A stretch of 64,000 bases of DNA from Desulfobacterales bacterium (GCA_046496215.1 JAWOHH010000087.1:1665-65664); one strand, 5' to 3'. Numbered from the stretch's first letter, positions 18,054 to 27,565 are shown. A program made the numbers and translations. Notes: generated from the sequence alone by a model not told the origin.

Positions 18054-18971
18054 CTATTGTTCCAGCGGGCATTCCCGATCCAGGCAGTCCCTGTAGAGCG
18101 CTTGGATGCGCTGGGTGGTCCGACCGCGCCGGCCGTTGCCTATCTTCCGGCCGTCCGCTTCCACTGCGGGGATGATGCCGCCAAAAGTGCCGGTCACGAA
18201 AGCCTCCTCCGCGCTGTAGACTTCCACCAGGGAAAACGATTTTTGAAAAACAGAGATGCCGGCTTCACGGCAGATGTCGATCACCACCCCCCGTGTGGTG
18301 CCGTGCAGGCAGTAGTCTCCGGTGGATGTCCAGACTTCCCCCTTTCGCACAATGAAAAAATTGGTAGAGTTGCAGGTGGCGACGAAGCCGTTGGGATCGA
18401 GCATCAGCGCCTCGTCGGCAGCGGCCTGGGTCGCTTGGATCCGGGCGAGGATACAATTGAGTTTGCTCAGCGTGTGCAGCTTGGGATCCAAAACGTCGGG
18501 GCTCCCCCTGCGCACATGAACGGTGAAAAGACGGATGCCATGCTCGGCCACCTTCAGGTTGGGCGCCTTGTACTCGCCGATGATGACCATGGTCGGACCG
18601 CCCACATTGACCCGGGGGTCTTGGTAGGGTGTTTTCTTTATCCCCCGAGTGACGATCAACCGCAAGTGGGCGGTGTCGTCCAGGCGATTCGCTTGAATGG
18701 TCTTCAGCAGCGCCCGATGAATCTCCTCCACCCCGAAAGGTAAGTCCATCGCCAGCGCTTTGGCATTTTCGAGCAACCGTTCCATGTGTCGGCTGAAAAA
18801 GGCCAGCTGGCCGTTGTGGATGCGAAAGCTCTCCCAAAAGCCATCGCCGAGCAGAAAGCCGCTGTCGAAAACCGATATCTTGGCATCGCGGCGCGGGACA
18901 AGCTCCCCGTTGATGTAAATCAGGACATTTTCGTTGCGGGGGTCTTCGATAAAATCATGCGTGGCGGACAT
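18054..18971 (-). CDS. Class IV (branched-chain/D-amino-acid type) aminotransferase
   Basis: 'NGELVPRRDAKISVFDSGFLLGDGFWESFR..NG....F..H..RL..A' and 'GITR..VI' blocks of fold-type IV PLP enzymes. GGAGA RBS. Confidence 0.8.
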   Translation of the reverse strand: MSATHDFIEDPRNENVLIYINGELVPRRDAKISVFDSGFLLGDGFWESFRIHNGQLAFFSRHMERLLENAKALAMDLPFGVEEIHRALLKTIQANRLDDTAHLRLIVTRGIKKTPYQDPRVNVGGPTMVIIGEYKAPNLKVAEHGIRLFTVHVRRGSPDVLDPKLHTLSKLNCILARIQATQAAADEALMLDPNGFVATCNSTNFFIVRKGEVWTSTGDYCLHGTTRGVVIDICREAGISVFQKSFSLVEVYSAEEAFVTGTFGGIIPAVEADGRKIGNGRRGRTTQRIQALYRDCLDRECPLEQ

Positions 18972-19193
18972 TACTATCTCCAGGTTTGAATTCGTTCATG
19001 CTTCAAGGCGCCCGGGCGAGGCGCTAAAAAAAATATATTTAAACATTATCATTATGGTCAAGTAAAACTTTACCAACTTCATTGAAAAATATTAAATATA
19101 GTATACTCATATAGTTATCTATTTTGTTGCCATGATACCGTTTAATAATGTTTGCATTTCATCACTTTTTTTAGTTTACATTTTAAAGAAAAG

Positions 19194-20408
19194 ATGAAGG
19201 GGGGATCGGATCGATTGAAAGCAAAAACCCGGGCCGCAACTACTGTCGGCTTCATCGAGACAGCGGGTGACATCAGCCGCCTACGGAAGACACTTAAAAA
19301 TCGGCTGCGTGATCTGCTCTTTTTTGAACTGGCCATCCAGACCGGCATGCACGCAAAGGATCTTTTGAACTTGAGGGTCGCCGATTTCGAGAACCTGAAA
19401 CCCGGGCAGGAGTTGAGGCTACCGCGCATACCCAAGGCTTCCAACCGGATTGTCGTCAGCCGTGCAACTTACGGGCTCTTTTCAACCTACGTTCGTGAGG
19501 AAAACCTCTCCCGCGTAGATTGCCTGTTCCGCTCGCAGAAGGGCGGCGGGCCACTGACGATCGTCAGCCTTTCTCGCCTGGTCAGTAAATGGTTCAGAAC
19601 AGCGGGCCTTTCGGTGACCGGCGGCGTGTTGGTATTGCGCCGCACATGGGAGCACCACCACCGCAGTGAAAAGCGCAGTGAGAAGTTGCCGGCTCACCCC
19701 GGAAAGGCAACCGGCCAACAACCGGAACAGAACATGTCTCGACGCGACGCTGTCTACGGGGAATTGCAGCGGGCCATCGTCTCGGGAAAAATCGTCCCCG
19801 GCCAGCGCTTTTTCATCGAAAACATCTCGCGCCGCATGGAGGTCAGTGCCATCCCGGTAAGGGAGGCATTGGCCATGCTCGAAGCGAGCGGCTTCGTCCA
19901 CTCCGACCGGAAACGGGGGTACCTCGTTAACGAGCTTTCAGAGCCCAACCTCAGGGAAATCCTCAGGCTCAGGCTTCTTTTGGAATGCACGGCCGCCAAA
20001 GAGGCGGCAAAACGTTTTACCGAGGAAGCCCTGAGCCGGCTCGAGGAATGCCACAACCGCTACGTCATCGCACGCAGGGCGAATGATTACGAGGCGCTGT
20101 TGCGGACCAATAAAGAGTTCCACCACGCCATCTACAACGCAGCGGAGATGCCTATTTTGAAATCGCACATCGACCAGGTCTGGGATCGGGTCAGCCCCTA
20201 CTACCACATCATGTTCCGCCAGGTTGAAAAACCGAACCCCATTGTCGGCATTAATTATCACCAGAAGATGATTGACGCCCTCCGGCATAGAAGTCCAAAC
20301 GAAATCCAGCGCTGGGTCAAAGCAGACCTCAGCGACTCCACCCGGTTTGTCATCGAACTCTTCTGCCTGCACAAAAAGCTGCTGGATTCTTTTCGCCTCA
20401 TCGGCTGA
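19194..20408 (+). CDS. GntR/FadR-family regulator (wHTH + FCD) preceded in frame by a degenerate tyrosine-recombinase-like domain
   Basis: C-terminal 224 aa starting 'MSRRDAVYGELQRAIVSGKIVPGQRF..IPVREAL..LE..G' is a complete FadR-type GntR. The N-terminal ~180 aa carries integrase box-I/box-II-like blocks. The start (19194 vs the internal ATG 19734) is unresolved. Confidence 0.65.
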   Translation: MKGGSDRLKAKTRAATTVGFIETAGDISRLRKTLKNRLRDLLFFELAIQTGMHAKDLLNLRVADFENLKPGQELRLPRIPKASNRIVVSRATYGLFSTYVREENLSRVDCLFRSQKGGGPLTIVSLSRLVSKWFRTAGLSVTGGVLVLRRTWEHHHRSEKRSEKLPAHPGKATGQQPEQNMSRRDAVYGELQRAIVSGKIVPGQRFFIENISRRMEVSAIPVREALAMLEASGFVHSDRKRGYLVNELSEPNLREILRLRLLLECTAAKEAAKRFTEEALSRLEECHNRYVIARRANDYEALLRTNKEFHHAIYNAAEMPILKSHIDQVWDRVSPYYHIMFRQVEKPNPIVGINYHQKMIDALRHRSPNEIQRWVKADLSDSTRFVIELFCLHKKLLDSFRLIG

Positions 20409-20462
20409 TAGGTAATGCAGGCCCGCGACAACCCCCCGATGGGCACCTTTTGAAAATGACCG

Positions 20463-21686
20463 TCACTTGAAATCCGAGAGAATTGCGACCACCCGATCGA
20501 TGTCGCTCTCGGTGTGAGCGGCGTTGACTTGGAACCGAATGGTTTCATCACCACGAGGAACCACCGGGTAGGTCAGACCGACGGCAAGAACGCCGTGGTC
20601 GAAAAAGTGTTTGACCAACCGGTGGGTTCTGGTCGTGTCGCGCACGAGCAAGGGCACGATCGGGTGCGGGCCGGGGATGGTCTGCCACCCCAGGGCTTCT
20701 ACCCCGCGGCGGAAGCGGGCGGTCATGTTGCGAAGCTGTTCGAGCCGCTGCCGTCCCTCGGCGCCGTCGCAGATTGCAAGGGCCTGGATTGCGGCGGCGC
20801 AGTCGGCCACACTGAGGGGGTTGGTGTAAATGTAGGTGTCGGCTCTCTGGCGAACGGCCTCGACCACGGTCGGGCTGGCGGCGATAAACCCCCCGTTGAC
20901 GCCGAAAGCCTTGCCGAAGGTGCCGATGACGACGTCCGGCCGGGCACCGGTGTGCTCTGCAGTGCCACGGCCGGTGGCGCCGTAAGCGCCGATCCCGTGG
21001 GAGTCGTCCACCACCGTGAGAACCCCTTCCCGGAATTTTTCGCCGAAGGCGGAGGAGAGCGCCGTGATGCGGTCGATGGGTGCAAAATCCCCGCGCATGC
21101 TGAAAATGCCGTCGAAGATTACCACCACCCGCTCCATAGCCGCAGGGGCATCCTCCAGGCATCTTTGCAGGTGGTCCATGTCGTTGTGGGTGTAAATGGC
21201 CTTGTTTTCGGAAGGCACATTGGCAATGCGCATGGCGCGAATGATGCTGTTGTGGTTGAGCTGGTCGCCGATCCAATAGGTCTTCGGGGTGGATATGGCC
21301 AGGGCTAGGCCGCAGTTGGCCGTGTAGGCCGAGTTGAAAATTTTAGCGGCCGGTTTACCGACAAAGCGCGCGATACGCTCCTCCAAGGCGACGTGCTGGG
21401 AAAAGGTGCCGTCGATGAAGCGCACAGCACCCGGGCCCACGCCCAGCGCGCGGGTGGCCTCTTCCGCGGCCCGGATGACCTCGGGGTGGTGGGAGAGGGA
21501 GAGGTAGCTGTTGGAGTTCATGCGGATGAACTCCTGAACAGAGCCCTTTAGCCGATAGCGCGGCCCCGTGTCGCCCGCCGGCGGAGTGTAGCCGACGATC
21601 ACCCGCTCGGGCGGTTTGGCGCGCCCCTCGGCTTCCAGCGCAGCCAGTTCCCGTTCCAGTGCGTGATCCAAGGCATCCAGTGGCAT
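20463..21686 (-). CDS. kbl: 2-amino-3-ketobutyrate CoA ligase (glycine C-acetyltransferase)
   Basis: Alpha-oxoamine synthase family ('NSNSYLSLS', 'DDSHGIGAYG', 'GTFGKAFG'). Directly downstream of tdh. ATG 21686 preceded by AAGGGAG. Confidence 0.8.
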   Translation of the reverse strand: MPLDALDHALERELAALEAEGRAKPPERVIVGYTPPAGDTGPRYRLKGSVQEFIRMNSNSYLSLSHHPEVIRAAEEATRALGVGPGAVRFIDGTFSQHVALEERIARFVGKPAAKIFNSAYTANCGLALAISTPKTYWIGDQLNHNSIIRAMRIANVPSENKAIYTHNDMDHLQRCLEDAPAAMERVVVIFDGIFSMRGDFAPIDRITALSSAFGEKFREGVLTVVDDSHGIGAYGATGRGTAEHTGARPDVVIGTFGKAFGVNGGFIAASPTVVEAVRQRADTYIYTNPLSVADCAAAIQALAICDGAEGRQRLEQLRNMTARFRRGVEALGWQTIPGPHPIVPLLVRDTTRTHRLVKHFFDHGVLAVGLTYPVVPRGDETIRFQVNAAHTESDIDRVVAILSDFK

Positions 21687-21750
21687 GTTCGGCTCCCTTG
21701 AAAACCCGATCCGCAAAAGCGCAGAGGGTGTTGGAAAGGATGGGTTTGTT

Positions 21751-22788
21751 TCAACTCCCCCAGGAGAGGATGACTTTTCCCGACTGCCCCGACCGCATCA
21801 CCTCGAACCCTTTTTCGAAGTCCGTGTAGTGGAACCGGTGGGTGATGACCGGCGTGATGTCCAATCCCCCCTGGATCATGACCGTCATCTTGTACCAGGT
21901 CTCGTACATCTCGCGGCCATAGATCCCCTTGAGGGTCAGGCTGTTGAAAATGACGGTGTCCCAGTCGATGGGCGTGTCGTGCGGCAGAATGCCGAGGAGC
22001 GCTATCTTGCCGCCATGGCACATGTTGGCCAGCATGTCGCGGAACGCCTGGGCGTTGCCGGACATTTCAAGCCCCACGTCGAAGCCCTCCTTCATGCCCA
22101 GTTTTTTCTGAACTTCGGCAATGGAGCCCCGGCGGACGTCGAGGGCGACGGTCGCACCCATCTTCGCGGCAATCTCCAGCCGGAACGGGTTCACGTCGGT
22201 CACGACGACGTGGCGTGCGCCGGCGTGCCGGACGATGGCGGCCGCCATGCAGCCGATCGGCCCGGCGCCGGTGATGAGGACATCCTCGCCGAGAACATCG
22301 AAGGAGAGCGCCGTGTGCGTGGCGTTGCCGAGCGGATCGAAACAGGCGAGCACGTCGCTGGGGATCGCCGGGTCGCAGTACCAGACGTTGCTGACCGGTA
22401 TGCAGAGGTATTCCGCAAACGCGCCCGGCCGGCTGACACCGACCCCGCTGGTGTGCGGGCACAGGTGCCTGCGACCCGCCAGGCAGTTGCGGCAGCGGCC
22501 GCACACCAGGTGGCCCTCGCCGGAGACGAGGTCGCCGGCCTTGAAATCGTGCACGTTGCCGCCGACCGCGGCCACGCGGCCGACGAACTCGTGACCGACG
22601 TGCATGGGCACCGGGATCGTTTTCTGCGCCCATTGGTCCCAGTTGTATATGTGGATATCGGTGCCGCAGATGGAGGTCTTCTGGATTTTGATGAGCACAT
22701 CGTTGATGCCCATCTCCGGAACGGGGACCTCCTGCAACCAAAGCCCCGGTGCCGGCTTTGCCTTGACCAGCGCCTTCATGGAGTTCAT
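21751..22788 (-). CDS. tdh: L-threonine 3-dehydrogenase
   Basis: 'MKALVK...[46 protein letters not shown]' is near-colinear with E. coli Tdh. Confidence 0.9.
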   Translation of the reverse strand: MNSMKALVKAKPAPGLWLQEVPVPEMGINDVLIKIQKTSICGTDIHIYNWDQWAQKTIPVPMHVGHEFVGRVAAVGGNVHDFKAGDLVSGEGHLVCGRCRNCLAGRRHLCPHTSGVGVSRPGAFAEYLCIPVSNVWYCDPAIPSDVLACFDPLGNATHTALSFDVLGEDVLITGAGPIGCMAAAIVRHAGARHVVVTDVNPFRLEIAAKMGATVALDVRRGSIAEVQKKLGMKEGFDVGLEMSGNAQAFRDMLANMCHGGKIALLGILPHDTPIDWDTVIFNSLTLKGIYGREMYETWYKMTVMIQGGLDITPVITHRFHYTDFEKGFEVMRSGQSGKVILSWGS

Positions 22789-22823
22789 CAGCTGCTCCAG
22801 ATCGTCATCCCCTCCGCGCCGGA

Positions 22824-23705
22824 TCAGCCGCGGAGGTGTTTTTCGAACCAGGCCAGGCAGCGGGCCCAGGCGTCCTTGGCCTCGTTCTCCCGGTAGCTGG
22901 GACGGTAGTCCGCATGGAAGGCGTGGGGGGCGTTCTCATAGAGGACGATCTCGGCGGTTCGGCCGGCCCCCTTGAGCGCCGCCTCCAGCTGCCTTACATC
23001 GGCCACCGGGATCCCCGCGTCCGCCCCCCCGAAGAGGCCCAGCAGCGGCGCCTTTATCCGCCCCGCCACGTCGAGCGGCCCCGCGCTGCGAACCGGCGGG
23101 GTCATGGCGGGCTTGATCTGCCCATACCACACGACCGCCGCCGTCACATCAGCACTGTGCGCGGCAAACAGCATCGTGTACAACCCCCCGCGGCAGAACC
23201 CGGTCACGCCGACCCGGCCGGCCTGCGCGGATTCATGCCTTTTCGCATAAGCGACGATGGCGTCCAGGTCCGCCATGACCTGGGCATCCGGCACCGCGTT
23301 GACCACTTTCAAGAGCGCCTCCCGGTCCTCGATGTGCAGGACCCCCCCGGTGCGGGCATAGGGTTCGAAGGCGATGGCGAGAAAGCCGCGCTGCGCAAAG
23401 CGGCGCACCACGTCCTGGATGTACTCGTGCATGCCCCAGATCTCAGGGATCACAACCACCACCGGGTATCTACCCGCGGCGGCCGGCCGCGCCTCGTAGA
23501 TCGGAACCTGGAACCCGCCGGAGGCCACCTGGGCCGCGGTGATTCTCAGGCCGTCGGCGGCAGTTTTGATGATCTCTCCCGCCAACGCCCTGGAGGCGAT
23601 CGCAAAACCAGCGATGGCCGCTCCGGCCGCCGACATCTGTGCCAGGAACTGGCGGCGTGACATTCCCTCGTAGGCGTTCGCAATCCAATCTGTTTCTCGT
23701 TCCAT
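22824..23705 (-). CDS. Dienelactone hydrolase family protein with Tat signal
   Basis: '[18 protein letters not shown]' twin-arginine signal. DLH blocks '[22 protein letters not shown]', 'GVTGFCRGG' and 'Y..APHAF'. Confidence 0.8.
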   Translation of the reverse strand: MERETDWIANAYEGMSRRQFLAQMSAAGAAIAGFAIASRALAGEIIKTAADGLRITAAQVASGGFQVPIYEARPAAAGRYPVVVVIPEIWGMHEYIQDVVRRFAQRGFLAIAFEPYARTGGVLHIEDREALLKVVNAVPDAQVMADLDAIVAYAKRHESAQAGRVGVTGFCRGGLYTMLFAAHSADVTAAVVWYGQIKPAMTPPVRSAGPLDVAGRIKAPLLGLFGGADAGIPVADVRQLEAALKGAGRTAEIVLYENAPHAFHADYRPSYRENEAKDAWARCLAWFEKHLRG

Positions 23706-23764
23706 GGCAACCCTCCATCGGCTGGCCTTCCGGGCAAAGCAGGCGCAGGCGTTAAGCGGACATT

Positions 23765-23907
23765 ATTAACGGTCTCGAAATCGAATTGACACGTTCTGTA
23801 AAATCTCCCCTGCGCCTCTGTGCCAAAGAGGGGTGATCCCTCCCTTTGGCAAAGGGAGGGTAGGAGGGATTTTCGGAGGGCGTCTTGATATCGATAAGAC
23901 CATTAAT
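23765..23907. repeat. MITE-like inverted-duplication element (two ~70-bp units head to head) containing a perfect 11-bp-stem hairpin
   Basis: Left arm ATTAACGGTCT..ATCGA..GACACG..AAAATCTCCCC..TGCCAAAGAGGGG mirrors right arm CCCTCCCTTTGGCAAAGGGAGGG..AGGAGGGATTTT..CGTCTTGATATCGAT..AGACCATTAAT. Perfect palindrome CCCTCCCTTTG-G-CAAAGGGAGGG at 23838-23860. Confidence 0.5.
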
Positions 23908-24133
23908 TAGCCCCGTTAGGTTTTATTTGTTACGTGTTTTCCGGCGCTGCGTCAATCGTGGGAAAAATGGCTGCCGGGGTCCGGCACACAGGGCCGCACG
24001 CCAAGGCACGGATGGGATGCCCCTTCTTGCGCTGTGCCGCAGATGAGTTATATTATTAGATTAAACTTGCTGATTTCATGAGCAACCGGCTGCTATGGAG
24101 CCGCTTGCGCCTTGCGTCTAAAAGGGGGAGGGC

Positions 24134-25954
24134 ATGGAGAAACATCAAAAATTTTCCATTTGGTATGTCCTGCTGGGCATTTGGGTGGTCCTCATCATTC
24201 AGAACATGATTTTTTCATCATTTCAGGTCAAGGTCATCCCCTACAGCGAATTCTTGAATGCGCTCAACGACGGCCGGGTGACGGAGGTGGCCATCACCTC
24301 CAACCACATCCAGGGGCGGATGAAGTCATCGCCGGGTGGCAGCGATGCGGGCCAGGCCTTCCGTACGATCCGCGTCGACCCTGAGATCTCGGAAAAACTG
24401 GCCATGCAAAACGTGGTCTTCAAGGGGGAGATCGAGTCGACGTTCCTGCGCGACCTGTTCTCCTGGGTATTCCCGGTGGCGATCTTCGTCGGCATCTGGT
24501 TTTTCATGATCAAGCGCATGCAGGGCCAACAGCCGGGCTTCATGAGCCTGGGAAAAAACAAGGCCAAAATCTATATGGAGAACGAGGTCGGCGTGCGCTT
24601 CGACGATGTGGCCGGGGTGGACGAGTCTAAGCAGGAGCTGGTGGAGATCATCGAGTTTCTCAAGGAGCCCGGGCGCTTCACGTCGGTCGGCGGCAAGATG
24701 CCGCGCGGGGTGCTGCTGGTCGGGCCGCCGGGCACCGGCAAAACCCTGCTGGCCAAGGCCGTGGCGGGCGAGAGCGGGGTGCCGTTCTTCATCATGAGCG
24801 GTTCGGAGTTCGTCGAAATGTTCGTGGGGTTGGGAGCGGCCCGGGTGCGGGACCTGTTCACCCAGGCCAAGGCCAAGGCGCCCTGCATCATCTTCATCGA
24901 CGAGCTCGACGCGCTGGGCAAAGCGCGCGGCATGGGCACCATGGGCGGCCACGACGAGCGCGAGCAGACCCTTAACCAGCTGCTGGTGGAGATGGACGGT
25001 TTCGACCCCCAGGTCGGGGTCATCCTGATCGCCGCCACCAACCGCCCCGAGATCCTGGACCCGGCCCTGCTGCGGCCGGGCCGCTTCGACCGCCAGGTGC
25101 TGGTGGACCGTCCCGACAAGAAGGGCCGCGAGGCCATCCTGCGCGTGCATCTGAAGAAGATCAAGTACGAGGAGGGGCTGGATATCGAGAAACTGGCCAA
25201 CATGACCCCGGGCATGGTCGGGGCCGACCTCGCCAACATCGTCAACGAGGCGGCCCTGCTGGCGGTCCGCCGCGGCAAAAGCCAGGCGGGGATGCCCGAA
25301 TTCCAGGAAGCGGTCGAGCGCGTGATCGCCGGCCTGGAGAAAAAGAACCGGGTCATCAACCCGCGCGAAAAAAAGATCGTTGCCTACCACGAGCTGGGCC
25401 ACGCCATCGTGGCCATGTCGCTGCCGGGCACCGACCCGGTTCAAAAAATCACCGTCATCCCGCGCGGGATCGCCGCCCTGGGCTACACCATGCAGGTGCC
25501 CACCGAGGACCGGTTCCTGATGAGCAAGACTGAGCTGGAGAACAAGATCGCCACGTTTCTCGGCGGACGGGCGGCCGAGGAGATCGTCATCGGCGACATC
25601 TCCACCGGCGCCCACAGCGACCTCTCCCGGGCCACCGACATCGCGCGCAGCATGGTGCGCGAATACGGGATGAGCAAGGTGGGCCAGGTCTATTACGCCC
25701 CCAACCGCCGCGCCCAGTTCCTGCCCATGTTGCCGGAGGGCCACGGAGAGTACAGCGAAGCCACGGCCGAGGCCATCGACAAGGAGGTGAACGAAATCAT
25801 CGCGGCGCAGTACCAGAAAGCCGTGGGCATCCTAAAGCAAAAACGAGACATTCTGGAGAAGTCCTTTGCCGTGCTGCTCGAGAAGGAGACGATCGAGGGC
25901 GACGAGTTGAGGCAGCTCATGGCGAACGTTGCCGGGTCCCCGGCTGCGGCCTGA
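24134..25954 (+). CDS. ftsH: ATP-dependent zinc metalloprotease FtsH
   Basis: Walker A 'GPPGTGKT', SRH, zinc motif 'HELGHA', two N-terminal TM helices. GGGGGAGGG RBS. Confidence 0.95.
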   Translation: MEKHQKFSIWYVLLGIWVVLIIQNMIFSSFQVKVIPYSEFLNALNDGRVTEVAITSNHIQGRMKSSPGGSDAGQAFRTIRVDPEISEKLAMQNVVFKGEIESTFLRDLFSWVFPVAIFVGIWFFMIKRMQGQQPGFMSLGKNKAKIYMENEVGVRFDDVAGVDESKQELVEIIEFLKEPGRFTSVGGKMPRGVLLVGPPGTGKTLLAKAVAGESGVPFFIMSGSEFVEMFVGLGAARVRDLFTQAKAKAPCIIFIDELDALGKARGMGTMGGHDEREQTLNQLLVEMDGFDPQVGVILIAATNRPEILDPALLRPGRFDRQVLVDRPDKKGREAILRVHLKKIKYEEGLDIEKLANMTPGMVGADLANIVNEAALLAVRRGKSQAGMPEFQEAVERVIAGLEKKNRVINPREKKIVAYHELGHAIVAMSLPGTDPVQKITVIPRGIAALGYTMQVPTEDRFLMSKTELENKIATFLGGRAAEEIVIGDISTGAHSDLSRATDIARSMVREYGMSKVGQVYYAPNRRAQFLPMLPEGHGEYSEATAEAIDKEVNEIIAAQYQKAVGILKQKRDILEKSFAVLLEKETIEGDELRQLMANVAGSPAAA

Positions 25955-25969
25955 GCCGTTGGAGGGGCC

Positions 25970-26779
25970 ATGCCATTGAGCAAGCCCTTGTGGCTGGATG
26001 AGGCCGAGCGCAAGCGCCAGGCGCACGCGCCGATGGAGGAGAGCACCTATTTCGGCTACGAGCGCATCCAGGCCCGGGAAAAAACCGAGCGGGTGGTGAA
26101 GCATTTCGACTCGGTGGCCCGGGTCTACGATTGCATGAATTCCCTGCTGAGCTTCGGCATCCACCACGCCTGGAAGCGCGAGGCCGTGCGCCTGCTAAAG
26201 CTGCGGCCCGGGGAGCAGGTCCTGGACGTCTGCGGCGGAACCGGGGATCTCGCGATCCTGGCGGCGCGACGCGCCGGCCCGCAGGGGAGAGTGGTGATTT
26301 ACGACATCAACCGCGCCATGATCACCGCCGGCCTGCATAAGGTGGTCGCGACCCCGCTTGAGGGCCGCATCCGGCATGTTCAAGGCGATGCCGAAGAGAT
26401 TGCCTTCCCCGACCGCAGCTTCGATGCGGTCATGGTGGGCTTCGGCATCCGCAACGTGGCGCGCATGCGCCAGGGGTTCTCCGAGATGTGCCGCGTCCTC
26501 AGGCCCGGCGGCCGGCTCCTGTGCCTTGAGTTTTCTCGCCCGGTCTGGCCGGTGTTCCGCTGGCTCTACGACCTTTATTCGTTTTATGTGATGCCGTTTA
26601 TCGGCGAGCTTGCGGCCGGTTCGCGCAAGGCCTACACCCACCTGCCGGAATCCATCCGCATGTTCCCGCTGCCGGAGGAGCTTTCCGGCATGCTGCGCGA
26701 GGCCGGTTTCTGCCGGGTTGCATACCGTCGTTTCACGAACGGCATCGCCGTGGCCCACCTGGCCGTCAAGGAAAGCTGA
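25970..26779 (+). CDS. ubiE: Demethylmenaquinone/ubiquinone C-methyltransferase
   Basis: 'V..HFDSVA..YD.MN.LLSFG.HH.WKR', 'VLDVCGGTGDLA' and 'FGIRNV' UbiE/MenG signature blocks. Confidence 0.85.
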   Translation: MPLSKPLWLDEAERKRQAHAPMEESTYFGYERIQAREKTERVVKHFDSVARVYDCMNSLLSFGIHHAWKREAVRLLKLRPGEQVLDVCGGTGDLAILAARRAGPQGRVVIYDINRAMITAGLHKVVATPLEGRIRHVQGDAEEIAFPDRSFDAVMVGFGIRNVARMRQGFSEMCRVLRPGGRLLCLEFSRPVWPVFRWLYDLYSFYVMPFIGELAAGSRKAYTHLPESIRMFPLPEELSGMLREAGFCRVAYRRFTNGIAVAHLAVKES

Positions 26780-26833
26780 AAGCGGAATCCACGTTGCAAC
26801 CCCACGATCGTCTCCCCCGATAGGGCGCGGCAG

Positions 26834-27550
26834 CTATTCTTTCTCGACCGGGAAGGTCATCGACGCGCCGTTCCAGCCGACCACGGTGACCATCGCCGAA
26901 AGCGAGAGCACCAGAAAAATGTAGAGCAGCCCGGACCCGCTCAGCGCATCCAGGATGTTCGGGACTTCCAACCGCCAGATGAAAAGGACGATCGAGACCG
27001 CCAGCATCGCCAGGGTGAGGGGGATCTTGATCCTCACCGGCTTGAGCGGTTTGGCCATATAGTTCAACCACCAGGTGTAAAGACCGGTAGCGATTCCGAC
27101 CACGTTAAAGAAAACCCCCGCCCCCAGGCAGTGAAAGGCCGTGGTGTCGAAGGACTTCTCCCCGGTGACGAGATAGAGCAGGCTGAACACCGTTGTGGAG
27201 AACATGAACACGATCGGAAAGTGCACGGTCATGGGGTGCGGGTGGCGCCGCAGAAATGGGAAGGTGTGGATCAGGGTGGCCAGCGCCGCGGGCAAACGCG
27301 GATCTTCGGCCTCTTTTTGCACCGCGAGGACCCCCGCCTGGGGAAAGCGTTGGAGCACCTCCGGGGTGTGGGGCGCAGCCTGAATGTCCGTGGTGAGATC
27401 CCGGCCGGAGGGGTGGCGCTTCATGTGTGAGCCGGTCTTCCACATTTTGCTGGCGCTGACGTCGTAGACCTTGCCCTCATGGGCGACGTAGACCGGCTTT
27501 CCGTTTTCTCCGTTGAACTGCGCCAGCTCCTCGGCGGTGAATTCCTTCAT
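26834..27550 (-). CDS. Cytochrome b5-like haem-binding domain fused to a 4-TM (DUF2231-like) membrane domain
   Basis: N-terminus 'FTAEELAQFNGENGKPVYVAHEGKVYDVS....W..G.H' is a cyt-b5/steroid-binding-like fold motif. C-terminal half has four hydrophobic helices. AAGGAG RBS. Confidence 0.6.
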   Translation of the reverse strand: MKEFTAEELAQFNGENGKPVYVAHEGKVYDVSASKMWKTGSHMKRHPSGRDLTTDIQAAPHTPEVLQRFPQAGVLAVQKEAEDPRLPAALATLIHTFPFLRRHPHPMTVHFPIVFMFSTTVFSLLYLVTGEKSFDTTAFHCLGAGVFFNVVGIATGLYTWWLNYMAKPLKPVRIKIPLTLAMLAVSIVLFIWRLEVPNILDALSGSGLLYIFLVLSLSAMVTVVGWNGASMTFPVEKE

Positions 27551-27565
27551 GTCATCTCCTTTCGG

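Noticed and set aside
19008-19033. GCGCC-cgggcga-GGCGC hairpin followed by A8, considered as an intrinsic terminator.
   Set aside because: On the plus strand the run is A rather than U, and no plus-strand gene ends upstream. On the minus strand the T-run precedes the stem, and the site lies upstream of the aminotransferase start. The orientation is wrong for a terminator.
19152-19193. ORF-track alternative starts using TTG/GTG: 19152 for the regulator, 3687 for actC, 630 for actB, 9806 for ccoS, 51157 for the J-like protein.
   Set aside because: Downstream ATG codons give N-termini that match family expectations (for example the Tat signal MNRRTFLK). None of the alternatives can be excluded without experimental data, so the starts are flagged as uncertain rather than adopted.
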